From positions 26,805-90,804 of the forward strand of contig DAOVJY010000006.1 of the NCBI GenBank assembly GCA_030632085.1: a DNA stretch of 64,000 nt, written 5' to 3'. The DNA is from Candidatus Omnitrophota bacterium. GTDB taxonomy: Bacteria > Omnitrophota > Gorgyraeia > JAGLLT01. The stretch's first letter is position 1. The number at the start of each line of letters is the position of its first letter. A model generated the notes under the pieces. The model did no database searches. It was not told the origin of the DNA and saw only the letters and a program-made list of their open reading frames with translations. Position numbers and translations under genes: made by a program. Of the stretch, positions 1-9,673 are shown in pieces.

Positions 1-723
1 TATCAACCGGTTGTTGATATAAATGGAAAATTTTATTATGAGGACGATAAACTCGTAATCAGCTATTTTAATATGGGAGATAATCTAAGTATAAAAGGAT
101 GGATTAGTTTATACGAGCCGAAAAAAATAGATATGAGCGTGGAATTAAGAAATCTGAATTCGGAAGTATTAAAAAATTATTCTTTTGCTCCCGGTGATTT
201 TAATTTTAGCGCGGTGGCTGATTGTAAAATTGATATACAAGGAGAATTACCTAATCCGTATGTTAAAATACATTTTACAACCGGCCCGGGCTCTGTAACG
301 GATATTGAATTTGAGTCTATAAGAGCAACAATCGACGGAGAGTACCCGCTTTTATATTTTCGTGATTCTCGTATAAATCGCGAAATTGGCCATTTGATTA
401 TCGAAGGCAGATTGGATATGAGGAAATTGAATGAGGGCACTTTATTTGATGATATGGTTATTAAATCAGACAGAGAAACCATTATTTGGGAAGGTTGGGA
501 TATAACCAAAAAAAAGATGGATAACGAAGTTACTCTCAGGAAATCAATAAGTGAAGATATAAGCATTTGGTATAAAAGCTATCTTAAAGATGAAACCAAA
601 TCCGAGGAAAGCAGTAAGGACACTATTGAATTGGAATATGAGATTTTAAAAAACAAGTCACTTAAGATGAAGCTTAATAAAGAAGAGGAATTTTTTGGAC
701 TTGAAAACAAGATTAAATTTTAG
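1..723 (+). CDS. C-terminal part of a large envelope protein, possibly AsmA/TamB-like (5'-truncated by window)
   Basis: Frame open from base 1; beta-rich sequence ending in a terminal Phe (ENKIKF); upstream of mla genes. Confidence 0.4.
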   Translation, partial: YQPVVDINGKFYYEDDKLVISYFNMGDNLSIKGWISLYEPKKIDMSVELRNLNSEVLKNYSFAPGDFNFSAVADCKIDIQGELPNPYVKIHFTTGPGSVTDIEFESIRATIDGEYPLLYFRDSRINREIGHLIIEGRLDMRKLNEGTLFDDMVIKSDRETIIWEGWDITKKKMDNEVTLRKSISEDISIWYKSYLKDETKSEESSKDTIELEYEILKNKSLKMKLNKEEEFFGLENKIKF

Positions 724-1516
724 TAAAAAAAATCTGGAGATATCCCTTTTAATCAGTGGACGCAGGTTTTTGGCCGCTTTATGCTACTTAGGGGGGCTAT
801 CTATTCTTGCGGGCAAAACTATCGGCGCGGTTTTTACCAATTTTGTGCGCAGGAAATTAGTTATCGAACAGCTGAATAAAGTTGGCGTAAATAGTATCTT
901 GATAGTTTTTCTGGTCACTATATTTACCGGGATTGTTTTAGCTCTGCAAAGCGCCTATGCCCTAAAGAAATTTGAAGCCGCTATTTATATCCCGGGTATG
1001 GTTGCTTTATCGGTTACCAGAGAACTGGGACCGGTTTTAACCGCCCTGATTATTGCCGGCAGAGTTGGCGCTTCGATGACGGCTGAAATTGGGACCATGA
1101 AAGTAACTGAGCAGATAGACGCTCTTGAATCACTGGCAACCGATCCGGTGAACTACCTGGTTGTTCCCCGTTTTGTCGCGTTACTCATTGCTGTTCCAAT
1201 TTTGACCATTTATGGTGATTTTATAGGTGTTTTGGGAGGTTATTTAGTTGGAGTTACAAAGTTGAATATCAGCCCTCATCTGTACATGAATTTAACAATA
1301 GATTCATTGGTTTATAAAGATGTATTGACGGGTTTAATTAAATCAGTTTTTTTTGCCGCGGCGATTGTTATTATCTCATGCTATGAAGGCATGAGGACGG
1401 TTGGGGGAGCTGAGGGTGTCGGCCGCTCAACTACTATGTCGGTTGTGATGTCCTTTGTTTTAATATTAATGCTTGATTGCTTCTTTACGGCATTATTTTA
1501 CTTTGTATTTCCTTGA
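695..1516 (+). CDS. mlaE: MlaE-family ABC permease (start uncertain)
   Basis: RELGPVLTALIIAGRVGASMTAEIGTMKVTEQIDALE signature. Confidence 0.92.
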   Translation: MDLKTRLNFSKKNLEISLLISGRRFLAALCYLGGLSILAGKTIGAVFTNFVRRKLVIEQLNKVGVNSILIVFLVTIFTGIVLALQSAYALKKFEAAIYIPGMVALSVTRELGPVLTALIIAGRVGASMTAEIGTMKVTEQIDALESLATDPVNYLVVPRFVALLIAVPILTIYGDFIGVLGGYLVGVTKLNISPHLYMNLTIDSLVYKDVLTGLIKSVFFAAAIVIISCYEGMRTVGGAEGVGRSTTMSVVMSFVLILMLDCFFTALFYFVFP

Positions 1517-1521
1517 GAAAA

Positions 1522-2298
1522 ATGATAGAACTAAAAAAAATAAGTAAATACTTCCAGAACAACAAAGTTTTAGATAATTGTTCACTTACAATTAATAAAG
1601 GTGAGACAATGGTGATTATTGGCCGTTCCGGTGTAGGAAAAAGTGTCCTTTTGAAGCATATTATCGGGATACTTCAGCCGGATTCGGGAGATGTTATTGT
1701 TGACGGGCAAAGCGTCCCGCGTTTAAAAGCTAAAGACTTAAATAAGTTGAGACTGGAAATTGGTATGCTTTTTCAGGGAGCGGCCTTGTTTGATTCAATG
1801 ACAGTTGGCGAAAATGTCGGGTTTTTATTGAAAGAACATACTTCCGCCGCCAATGAATCAATAGATAAAAAAGTTGAAGAATCTCTGGCTATGGTAGGTT
1901 TGCACGGCATACAGAATTTGATGCCGGTTTCTTTAAGCGGAGGTATGAAAAAAAGAGTCGGTTTGGCCAGGGCTATATGTTCACAAAATTTAAAAATTGT
2001 ACTTTATGATGAGCCGACAACAGGCCTTGACCCGATAATGGCTGATGCCATTAATAATCTCATCATTTCGCTGCACGATAAACTAAATACTACTTCTATT
2101 GCTGTCACCCATGATATGAATAGTGCTTACAAAATAGCCGACAGAATAGCCATGCTCTATAAAGGTAAAATTATCGCTGTTGGAACTCCTCAGGAGATAA
2201 AGAAAACAAAAGATCCTTTTGTGAAACAGTTTATTACCGGGGATGCTCATGGCCCAATAACAGAGCATCGCGCGGCAGAGAGCTACGAGCTTTCTTAA
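1522..2298 (+). CDS. mlaF: MlaF-family ABC ATPase
   Basis: GRSGVGKS Walker A, LSGGMKKRV, LYDEPTTGLDP; ATG at 1522 preferred over track start 1477. Confidence 0.92.
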   Translation: MIELKKISKYFQNNKVLDNCSLTINKGETMVIIGRSGVGKSVLLKHIIGILQPDSGDVIVDGQSVPRLKAKDLNKLRLEIGMLFQGAALFDSMTVGENVGFLLKEHTSAANESIDKKVEESLAMVGLHGIQNLMPVSLSGGMKKRVGLARAICSQNLKIVLYDEPTTGLDPIMADAINNLIISLHDKLNTTSIAVTHDMNSAYKIADRIAMLYKGKIIAVGTPQEIKKTKDPFVKQFITGDAHGPITEHRAAESYELS

Positions 2299-2323
2299 GT
2301 TATAATTTTAAAAGGAGGGCGTT

Positions 2324-3007
2324 ATGCCTAAATCAAATACAGAATTAAGAGTGGGAATATTCGTGTTGGTTGGTATGTTTGTTTTTGGATATATTATATT
2401 TTCCATTGGAGATTTTAGTTTAAGGAGAAGCGGCTATTACATTCAAGTTAGATTTAATGATATAGCCGGTTTAGATGTAGGCGCGCCCGTTGATTTAATA
2501 GGTGTAAAAGTTGGAGAAGTCAGGACTATTAACATTATATATGACAAATTACTGGAGAAAAAAATAGTTGAATTAAATCTTTGGATAAAAAACGGCGCTG
2601 TTATAAAAAGAGACGCGATTGCCCGCCTGAGGCGCGCGGGGTTGATGGGCGAACAATATGTTCATTTATCTTTGGGCAGTGATGAGGCGCCATTATTATC
2701 CGAGGGCGGCACTATTTACGGTGAAGATATAATTAGTATTGATGATGTTACTAAAGAAGTTTTTCTGACTACTCAGGAATTTCAAAAAACGTTGAGTTCT
2801 GTAAATGTGGTGGTTGGTGACGCTAAGTTCCGCTCTGACTTAAAAGAGATTGCTCATAATACAAAAAAAGCGACGGAAAACTTAGAGGATTTAACGGCCG
2901 ATTTAAAAGCTAATCCATGGAAATTATTTAAAGTTCCAAAAGCCAAGAGTCAAGCCGACTCCGCGAAAACTTCCAATGGAAGTTACATATTTCAGGAAGG
3001 AAGATAG
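2324..3007 (+). CDS. mlaD: MlaD/MCE-domain protein
   Basis: N-terminal TM, GLDVGAPVDLIGVKVGEV and GLMGEQY MCE motifs; AGGAGG RBS. Confidence 0.88.
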   Translation: MPKSNTELRVGIFVLVGMFVFGYIIFSIGDFSLRRSGYYIQVRFNDIAGLDVGAPVDLIGVKVGEVRTINIIYDKLLEKKIVELNLWIKNGAVIKRDAIARLRRAGLMGEQYVHLSLGSDEAPLLSEGGTIYGEDIISIDDVTKEVFLTTQEFQKTLSSVNVVVGDAKFRSDLKEIAHNTKKATENLEDLTADLKANPWKLFKVPKAKSQADSAKTSNGSYIFQEGR

Positions 3008-4366
3008 GTGTCGAAAGCGAAAGTTTTTTATACTTGCGGTGAATGTGGATATCAGTCAGCCAAGTGGTTGGGCAAATGTCCCGAGTGTAACCAGTGGAAT
3101 ACATTAGTTGAGGAAGTGGATTTAGCGGATAATCAATTTTTTAAAAGCAGAGAGCAAAAAACAGAAGCACCTATCTCTATCACAAAAGTAAATGTTGAAC
3201 CTGAAGCCAGAATACCCTCGGATATAGCCGAGTTTGATAATATTATCGGAGGCGGTTTAGTAAAGGGTTCTGTGGTTTTAATTGGGGGTTCGCCCGGTAT
3301 CGGTAAGTCTACTTTGCTTTTGCAGATAGCTCAGAAATATGCCCAGGGCGGAAAGAAGGTTCTTTACGTCAGCGCTGAAGAATCAATTAATCAGGCTAAG
3401 CTTAGAGCTCATAGAGTCGGCTCGGAAAGTAATAATCTTTTTATAGTTAATCAGACTAACCTGGATGTGATTATTGAGTTTTTGAAAAAGACGCGTTTTG
3501 AAATAGTTATTATTGACTCTATTCAAGCACTCTATAAGGCTGAGGTAAATTCAATTCCCGGAAGCATTAGCCAGGTGAGAGAGTGTGCCGGAGAGTTAAC
3601 TTTTTTAGCTAAATCGAAAATATTTTCGTTATTTTTAATTGGGCACATTACCAAAGAAGGAGCTTTAGCCGGACCTAAAATATTGGAGCATATGGTTGAT
3701 ACAGTCCTTTACTTTGAGGGTGAACAGCATCACAATTATCGTATTCTAAGAGGGGTAAAAAATCGCTTCGGAGCAACTAATGAAGTAGCTATTTTTGAAA
3801 TGAGCCAGGAAGGCTTAAAGGAAGTAAAAAATCCTTCAAACATTTTTATTTCAGAAAGAGCGGACAACATTTCAGGCTCAATAGTTGTGCCGGTTATTGA
3901 AGGCTCCAGGCCGATAATGGTTGAGATTCAATCATTGGTTAGTTATTCAGGTTACGCGCAGGCGACCAGAAGAGTAACAGGGGTTGATTATAATAAGGTC
4001 AATCTCCTGATAGCCGTTCTTGAAAAAAGAGCTAAATTAAAGTTAGCCAATAAGGATATATTTGTAAATGTTGCCGGCGGCGTTAAGATATCTGAACCCG
4101 CATCGGACTTAGCGGTTGTCTTGGCAGTTGCTTCCAGCCTGAAAGACATAAAGATACCAACTGAGCTCTGCGCTTTTGGTGAGGTTGGTTTAGGTGGAGA
4201 GGTTAGGGCTGTCAGTTTAGCTGACAAACGAGTCCATGAAGCTTCTAAACTCGGCTTTAAAAAATGCATTATACCGACAGTTAATGCCAAGCGGCTTACC
4301 CGGAAAAAAAGTAAATTAGATATTATCGAAGTAAGTACCGTACTTGAGGCATTAAATGTCATTTAA
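3008..4366 (+). CDS. radA: DNA repair protein RadA/Sms
   Basis: CxxC..WLGKCPEC zinc finger, GSPGIGKST, KNRFG motif. Confidence 0.97.
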   Translation: MSKAKVFYTCGECGYQSAKWLGKCPECNQWNTLVEEVDLADNQFFKSREQKTEAPISITKVNVEPEARIPSDIAEFDNIIGGGLVKGSVVLIGGSPGIGKSTLLLQIAQKYAQGGKKVLYVSAEESINQAKLRAHRVGSESNNLFIVNQTNLDVIIEFLKKTRFEIVIIDSIQALYKAEVNSIPGSISQVRECAGELTFLAKSKIFSLFLIGHITKEGALAGPKILEHMVDTVLYFEGEQHHNYRILRGVKNRFGATNEVAIFEMSQEGLKEVKNPSNIFISERADNISGSIVVPVIEGSRPIMVEIQSLVSYSGYAQATRRVTGVDYNKVNLLIAVLEKRAKLKLANKDIFVNVAGGVKISEPASDLAVVLAVASSLKDIKIPTELCAFGEVGLGGEVRAVSLADKRVHEASKLGFKKCIIPTVNAKRLTRKKSKLDIIEVSTVLEALNVI

Positions 4367-4401
4367 GTAAGCATAGGTAATGTTAAAGTTGTATAAAAAT
4401 T

Positions 4402-4484
4402 TCAAGATATACCCTGACGGGCACAAGCAAGAGACAAGATACAATAACCAAATAATAACCAATGACCAAATTCGAATAACCAAA
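4402..4484 (+). repeat. Left arm of degenerate 7-mer repeats (CAAGATA/CAATAAC type) upstream of four-helix-bundle gene
   Basis: caagata..caagaga caagata caataac caaataataac caatgac caaattc; 43 nt (4428-4470) identical to 62432-62474. Confidence 0.9.
4410..4427 (+). repeat. 18-nt hairpin micro-element copy 1 (TACCCTGACGGGCACAAG)
   Basis: Interrupts 7-mer phase caagata^caagaga; five more copies in window. Confidence 0.85.
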
Positions 4485-4489
4485 CTAAA

Positions 4490-4837
4490 ATGATGAAAGA
4501 ATTTGATTTAGAAAAGAGAACTACTAAATTTGCCAAAGCTGTTATTAGATTATGTAAAAGATTACCAAGAAATCCAATAAATAACAGATTAGTTGGACAG
4601 GTTGTTGGAGCGGCAGGTTCTGTTGGGGCTAATTACAGAGAAGCTAATGATGCTTTAGGTAAGAAGGATTTTATTCAAAGAATGAAAATCGCGAGAAGAG
4701 AAGCAAAAGAAAGCCTTCACTGGTTAGAATTGATTTTAGAGTCCGAAAGAGATAGAGAGTCAGAAATTAAATCTTTAATTAAGGAAGCCGGTGAACTCAA
4801 GAAGATACTATCTTCTATTATCGCTAAATCACAATAA
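4490..4837 (+). CDS. Four helix bundle protein (23S rRNA IVP / TIGR02436-like)
   Basis: 115 aa; QVVGAAGSVGANYREA..SKKDF-like GKKDF..KIARREAKESLHWLEL pattern. Confidence 0.92.
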   Translation: MMKEFDLEKRTTKFAKAVIRLCKRLPRNPINNRLVGQVVGAAGSVGANYREANDALGKKDFIQRMKIARREAKESLHWLELILESERDRESEIKSLIKEAGELKKILSSIIAKSQ

Positions 4838-4948
4838 TGTTTGGTAATTGGTTATTGAATATTGGTAATTGTTTGTACCTTGTAACTTGGTTATTGGTGT
4901 TTGTTTGTTTCTTATGACTTGTGACTTGTGACTTGTATCTTGTGACTT
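4838..4948 (-). repeat. Right arm: imperfect reverse complement of the left 7-mer arm
   Basis: gtttggtaattggttattgaatattggtaattgtttgtaccttgtaacttggttattgg...gacttgtgacttgtgacttgtatcttgtgactt. Confidence 0.9.
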
Positions 4949-4978
4949 AATTATAGGATTAACATAGGAGGTTTTTTG

Positions 4979-5998
4979 ATGACGCTATTTTTTTTACGTA
5001 TTCTTTTTCTTATTGCCGGAGGGTTAGTTGGTTACCAGTCTTTTTTTGTTCTTTGGGCGCCGGATAAAGGTTATCTGGGATTGATTGCCGGGGTTGCGGG
5101 GGCGCTCTTAATTATATTGAGTGAACGCGTTAGTAAAAATATTTCCCTGAGAGGGCTGTCTTCCGCTGTTTTCGGTTTAGTTCTGGGGCTTTTAGTTGCC
5201 TGGCTGATTCGAAGCCTCTTTGATTTGATACCTTCTTTAGATCAGAATATAAAATATATCTCCGGATTGGTTATTACTGTAATATTAAGTTACTTAGGTA
5301 TCGTTCTTTCAATGAGAGGCAGAGACGAATTTAATATTATCATTCCTTATGTTCGCTTTAGCCGCCAGGATGAGCAAGATGAATTTCTGATTTTAGATAC
5401 TTCAGTTATCATTGACGGTAGAATTGTCGATATAGCCCGGACCAGGTTTTTAAGCGGTAGTTTCATTATCCCTCATTTTGTTTTAAGAGAGTTACAGCAT
5501 ATCGCGGATTCGCACGACCCTTTAAAACGCGCCAGAGGAAAAAGAGGGCTTGATATTTTAAATAAATTAAAGAAAATTCCTAACGTTCGAATAAAGATAC
5601 ACCAGCAGGATTTTCCCGATATAGCTGAAGTGGATCATAAATTAGTGAAACTGGCTAAAGTTTTAGAAGCGAAAGTTTTAACAAACGATTATAATCTTAA
5701 TAAAGTAGCAGCCATTCAGGGAGTAACCGTTTTAAATATTAATGAATTAGCTAACACCCTTAAGCCGGTAGTCTTGCCCGGAGAAGAAATGGATATCAAG
5801 ATAGTTAAAGAAGGTACCGAGCATAATCAAGGGGTGGGTTATTTAGATGACGGGACGATGATTGTAGTTGATAATTCAAGGCATCTATTGGGTAAGAATG
5901 TTAGAGCCACAGTGACCAGTGTCCTGCAGACAACGGCCGGCAAAATGATATTTGCCCGTATGGAACAGCAGGGGCGTAACGGTAAGAACAGAAGGTAG
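4979..5998 (+). CDS. PIN/TRAM-domain membrane protein (YacL family)
   Basis: 4 TM, LDTSVIIDGRI, TNDYNLNKVA, QGVGYLDDGTMIVV; conserved radA-yacL-ispD context. Confidence 0.93.
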   Translation: MTLFFLRILFLIAGGLVGYQSFFVLWAPDKGYLGLIAGVAGALLIILSERVSKNISLRGLSSAVFGLVLGLLVAWLIRSLFDLIPSLDQNIKYISGLVITVILSYLGIVLSMRGRDEFNIIIPYVRFSRQDEQDEFLILDTSVIIDGRIVDIARTRFLSGSFIIPHFVLRELQHIADSHDPLKRARGKRGLDILNKLKKIPNVRIKIHQQDFPDIAEVDHKLVKLAKVLEAKVLTNDYNLNKVAAIQGVTVLNINELANTLKPVVLPGEEMDIKIVKEGTEHNQGVGYLDDGTMIVVDNSRHLLGKNVRATVTSVLQTTAGKMIFARMEQQGRNGKNRR

Positions 5999-6004
5999 GC
6001 TTTT

Positions 6005-6688
6005 ATGAAAGTTGCCGCTTTGTTAGTGGCGGCCGGTTCTTCAAAAAGGCTGCCGGCAAAAAAAAGAAAACCATTTATTAGGCTGGCCGATAAGGTTATT
6101 CTGGAATACAGCCTGGAAGTTTTTTTAAGAAACGCTTCTGTTAAAGAAATAATCATAGCGGTTAATAAGCTTGATGTAGATGAAACTGAGAAGTTATGCC
6201 TGAAGCATAAAAACACGAAGTCAATCAAGGTTATTCGCGGAGGAAAGAAGCGCGTTGATTCCGTTTATAACGCTTTGTCACATGTTGATAAAGTAAATGA
6301 TTATATCTTGATACATGACGCCGCCAGGCCTTTTATAACAGAAAAAATAGTCAAGCAGGTTCTTTTAAGCGCGAAAAAATATCAGGCGGCTGTTTGCGGC
6401 AGGAAGGTTACATCCACAATTAAAAAGAGTGATAAAAACAATTTTATATCGGCTACTTTGGATAGAAGCAATGTGTGGGAAATACAGACTCCCCAGGTTT
6501 TCAAAAAGACATTGCTTATTAAAGCATATAAGGTGATTGATTTGAAGAAAGAGTATACTGATGACGCGGCTTTAGTTGAAACTTTGGGGAAAAAAATTAA
6601 AATAGTGCCCGCGGATAAAAATAACATTAAAATTACGACAGTTGATGATTTACTATTAGCTAAGAGCATTGTAAAAACAAGGAAGTGA
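6005..6688 (+). CDS. ispD: 2-C-methyl-D-erythritol 4-phosphate cytidylyltransferase
   Basis: AAGSSKR, IHDAARPF, QTPQVF, TDDA, NIKITT. Confidence 0.96.
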   Translation: MKVAALLVAAGSSKRLPAKKRKPFIRLADKVILEYSLEVFLRNASVKEIIIAVNKLDVDETEKLCLKHKNTKSIKVIRGGKKRVDSVYNALSHVDKVNDYILIHDAARPFITEKIVKQVLLSAKKYQAAVCGRKVTSTIKKSDKNNFISATLDRSNVWEIQTPQVFKKTLLIKAYKVIDLKKEYTDDAALVETLGKKIKIVPADKNNIKITTVDDLLLAKSIVKTRK

Positions 6689-6691
6689 ATT

Positions 6692-7165
6692 ATGCGTATT
6701 GGATATGGTTGTGATTATCATAATTTAATTGAAGGCAAGGAACTTATAATTGGGGGTATTAATATCCCCTATTTTAAAGGTTTAGATGGTTATTCCGACG
6801 CCGATGTTTTAATCCACGCGATTTGTGATGCTATTTTAGGAGCTATGGGTAAGGGTGATATTGGTGAGCATTTTCCCGAGGGACACCCTGAGTATAAAAA
6901 TATATCAAGTGTGATTTTACTTGAGAAAGTTCTTTTATTGCTTGATGAGTACAAGCATAAAATAGTAAATATTGATACTTTGATTATTGCCGAAGAACCA
7001 AAGATAGGGCCATTCAAAAAGCGCATCAGAGAAAATTTAGCTAAAATAATGAAGTTGGACGCTCAAGATATAAATATAAAGGCAACAACTAAAGAAGGTA
7101 AAGACGCCATTGGCCAAAGCGAAGCTATCGCGGCTGAAGCCGTAGTTTTAATAGATAAAAAGTAA
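6692..7165 (+). CDS. ispF: 2-C-methyl-D-erythritol 2,4-cyclodiphosphate synthase
   Basis: MRIGYGCDYH, SDADVLIHAICDAILGA, GDIGEHFP, NIKATT. Confidence 0.96.
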   Translation: MRIGYGCDYHNLIEGKELIIGGINIPYFKGLDGYSDADVLIHAICDAILGAMGKGDIGEHFPEGHPEYKNISSVILLEKVLLLLDEYKHKIVNIDTLIIAEEPKIGPFKKRIRENLAKIMKLDAQDINIKATTKEGKDAIGQSEAIAAEAVVLIDKK

Positions 7166-7186
7166 ATTTAAAAATGAGGTAGAAAT

Positions 7187-7909
7187 ATGATATTTTTTCA
7201 AGTATTGATATCGTTACTAATAATTATTTTCGTTGTTCCTTTTATACTGCTTCTAATAGCAGCGGCCTTTTTTGCAAAGGAGATTAAGGCTGTTTTTGAA
7301 AGGGATCCGGCGGCTGCTAATTATTTTGAAGTTTTACTTACTTATTCGGGCCTGCATGCCATAATTCTGCACAGAGTAGCGCATAAACTTCATAAAAGTA
7401 AAGTGCCTTTTCTCCCCAGGTTTATATCTCAATTTTCCAGGTTTATTACCCATGTTGAAATTCATCCCGGCGCTCAAATAGGGCGGGAATTTTTTATAGA
7501 TCATGGAACAGGGGTTGTAATCGGAGAAACAACTATTATAGGTGATAAAGTGACTGTATTTCAGGGAACAACCTTAGGGGGAACGGGCAAAGAAAAAGGT
7601 AAACGGCATCCAACTATAGGCAGCAACGTGGTTGTGGGAGCCGGTGCCAAAGTGCTCGGTAATGTTAAGATTGGCGATAATGTTAATATCGGAGCAAATG
7701 CCGTGGTTATTCGTGATGTTCCGAGTGATTCAACGGTTGTGGGTATTCCCGGGCGTATTGCCAAAAAACAAGGCAAGAGAGTTATGGGAATAAACATTGA
7801 TTACAGCAACCTCCCCGACCCCTTAACGGAGCGGCTTGAAAATTTACAACACGAAATCGATGTAATTGAAAAAGAAATACAAATACATAAAGAAGAAAAA
7901 AACAAATAA
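7187..7909 (+). CDS. cysE: Serine O-acetyltransferase with hydrophobic N-terminal extension
   Basis: [37 protein letters not shown] hexapeptide repeats. Confidence 0.95.
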   Translation: MIFFQVLISLLIIIFVVPFILLLIAAAFFAKEIKAVFERDPAAANYFEVLLTYSGLHAIILHRVAHKLHKSKVPFLPRFISQFSRFITHVEIHPGAQIGREFFIDHGTGVVIGETTIIGDKVTVFQGTTLGGTGKEKGKRHPTIGSNVVVGAGAKVLGNVKIGDNVNIGANAVVIRDVPSDSTVVGIPGRIAKKQGKRVMGINIDYSNLPDPLTERLENLQHEIDVIEKEIQIHKEEKNK

Positions 7910-7919
7910 AAATAACAAA

Positions 7920-9419
7920 ATGCCCATATTTATATACAATTCACTCAAGAATAAAAAGCAGGAATTAAAACCAATTAATCCTCCCAAGGTAAGCATGTAT
8001 GTTTGCGGAGTGACCGTGTATGATAAGTGCCACATAGGCCACGCCAGAGGAGCCTTTGTTTTTGATGTAGTTAGAGACTATTTATCATATAAGGGGTATG
8101 AAGTCACATATGTTAAAAATATTACGGACGTAGATGATAAAATTATAAATAAGGCGGCTGAATTGGTTGAAGAACACAAAAAAAAAGGAGTGGAAAAGAA
8201 CCTCAATGAAGCCGTCGAAGAGATTACATCCTATTACATAGATGCCTACTATAAGGACATGGATGCTCTGGGTATTAAAAAAGCGGACGTTGAGCCCAGG
8301 GCCACAGAACATATTGATGATATGATAAAGATGATTGAGGGGCTTATTAAAAAAGGATATGCTTATGAAATTGATGGTGATGTCTATTTTGACGTAAGAA
8401 AATACAAAGACTATGGCCAACTTTCCAATCAGAGCGTTGAAGAGCTGCAGGAGGGAGTTCGCAAGGAAGTTGATAAGAAAAAGAGAAGCTCTCTGGATTT
8501 CGCGCTATGGAAGAAAGTAAAAGAGAATGAGCCATATTGGCAGAGTCCTTTTTCAAATGGAAGGCCCGGCTGGCATCTTGAATGTTCGGTAATGAGCATT
8601 AAATATCTCGGTAAAAACTTTGATATTCATGGCGGCGGAAGGGATTTAATATTTCCTCATCATGAAAATGAAATAGCGCAAAGTGTCTGTTATACCGGCA
8701 GCCCCTTTGCCAATATATGGATGCATAATGGCTTACTGACTATTGAAGGGCGGAAAATGGCTAAGTCACTGGGCAACTTTGTAACTATTGAAGATATCAT
8801 TATGAAATATCATCCGGAAGTTTTAAAATTATTCTTCTTATCAAGCCACTATGCCAGCCCGGTGGATTTTAGTTATAAAAAAATGGATGGCATTAAAACT
8901 TCTAGAGAAAAATTTTATATTCTCTTTGATAAAATAGACAGGTTTGAAAGCGAGTACCAAAAAAATATAAATGAGAATTCAAAAGAATTTCTGGTGGGTA
9001 AATTGCATGAATTTTCAATAGCCCTTGATAAAACAAGAAGTGATTTTGAGAAAGCTATGGACGATGATTTTAATACCCCTTCCGCATTAGCCGCTTTATA
9101 TGAGATGGTAAATATTGCTAATAAATTAATAGCAAATTCAAAAATAGATACGTGGCATAAAATCCCCTTAATAAAAAGTATTAAATTTAGCCTCAAAGAA
9201 CTGGGGGATGTTTTAGGGCTATTTAAGATTTCTGCCAACGGAAAGGATGAAGACGATATGGAAAGCATAGGTAAAGTAATAGAAATATTAATAAATTTGA
9301 GAAATAAAGCCAGAAAAGATAAGAACTTTGAGTTAGCCGATAAGATTCGCGATGAATTAGATGCTGCCGGTATAGTCATTGAAGACGAGAAAGACAAGAC
9401 AATTTGGCGCAAAAAGTAG
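7920..9419 (+). CDS. cysS: Cysteine--tRNA ligase
   Basis: YVCGVTVYD, HIGH, GRPGWHLECS, KMAKS; ATG at 7920. Confidence 0.97.
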   Translation: MPIFIYNSLKNKKQELKPINPPKVSMYVCGVTVYDKCHIGHARGAFVFDVVRDYLSYKGYEVTYVKNITDVDDKIINKAAELVEEHKKKGVEKNLNEAVEEITSYYIDAYYKDMDALGIKKADVEPRATEHIDDMIKMIEGLIKKGYAYEIDGDVYFDVRKYKDYGQLSNQSVEELQEGVRKEVDKKKRSSLDFALWKKVKENEPYWQSPFSNGRPGWHLECSVMSIKYLGKNFDIHGGGRDLIFPHHENEIAQSVCYTGSPFANIWMHNGLLTIEGRKMAKSLGNFVTIEDIIMKYHPEVLKLFFLSSHYASPVDFSYKKMDGIKTSREKFYILFDKIDRFESEYQKNINENSKEFLVGKLHEFSIALDKTRSDFEKAMDDDFNTPSALAALYEMVNIANKLIANSKIDTWHKIPLIKSIKFSLKELGDVLGLFKISANGKDEDDMESIGKVIEILINLRNKARKDKNFELADKIRDELDAAGIVIEDEKDKTIWRKK

Positions 9420-9488
9420 GCGCCAACCCGCCGGTAAAAATCTTAAAAACTACACGAATATATACAGAATAAAAGCAAAATATTACGC

Positions 9489-9517
9489 TTGACATTTTTG
9501 TATTCAAGTGCTAAACT
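9489..9517 (+). promoter_or_regulatory. Sigma70-type promoter of PEP-CTERM gene
   Basis: TTGACA-17 nt-TAAACT with TGn extension. Confidence 0.7.
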
Positions 9518-9673
9518 ACATTTACGCGCTAAATGATTATCAGATTTTGAGGATAAAAGCTATAAAGCAGCTATATAAATAAAAAAAGTTATTTGCCCCC
9601 AGCATAATGTTGAGGGATTGATATAGCAACAAGGCATTTTAAAGAAATGCCAAAAAAACAAGGAGGTGTAGAT

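Noticed and set aside
4490-4837. 23S rRNA intervening sequence in an rRNA gene
   Set aside because: Flanks are radA and a PIN/TRAM gene; no rRNA sequence is present.
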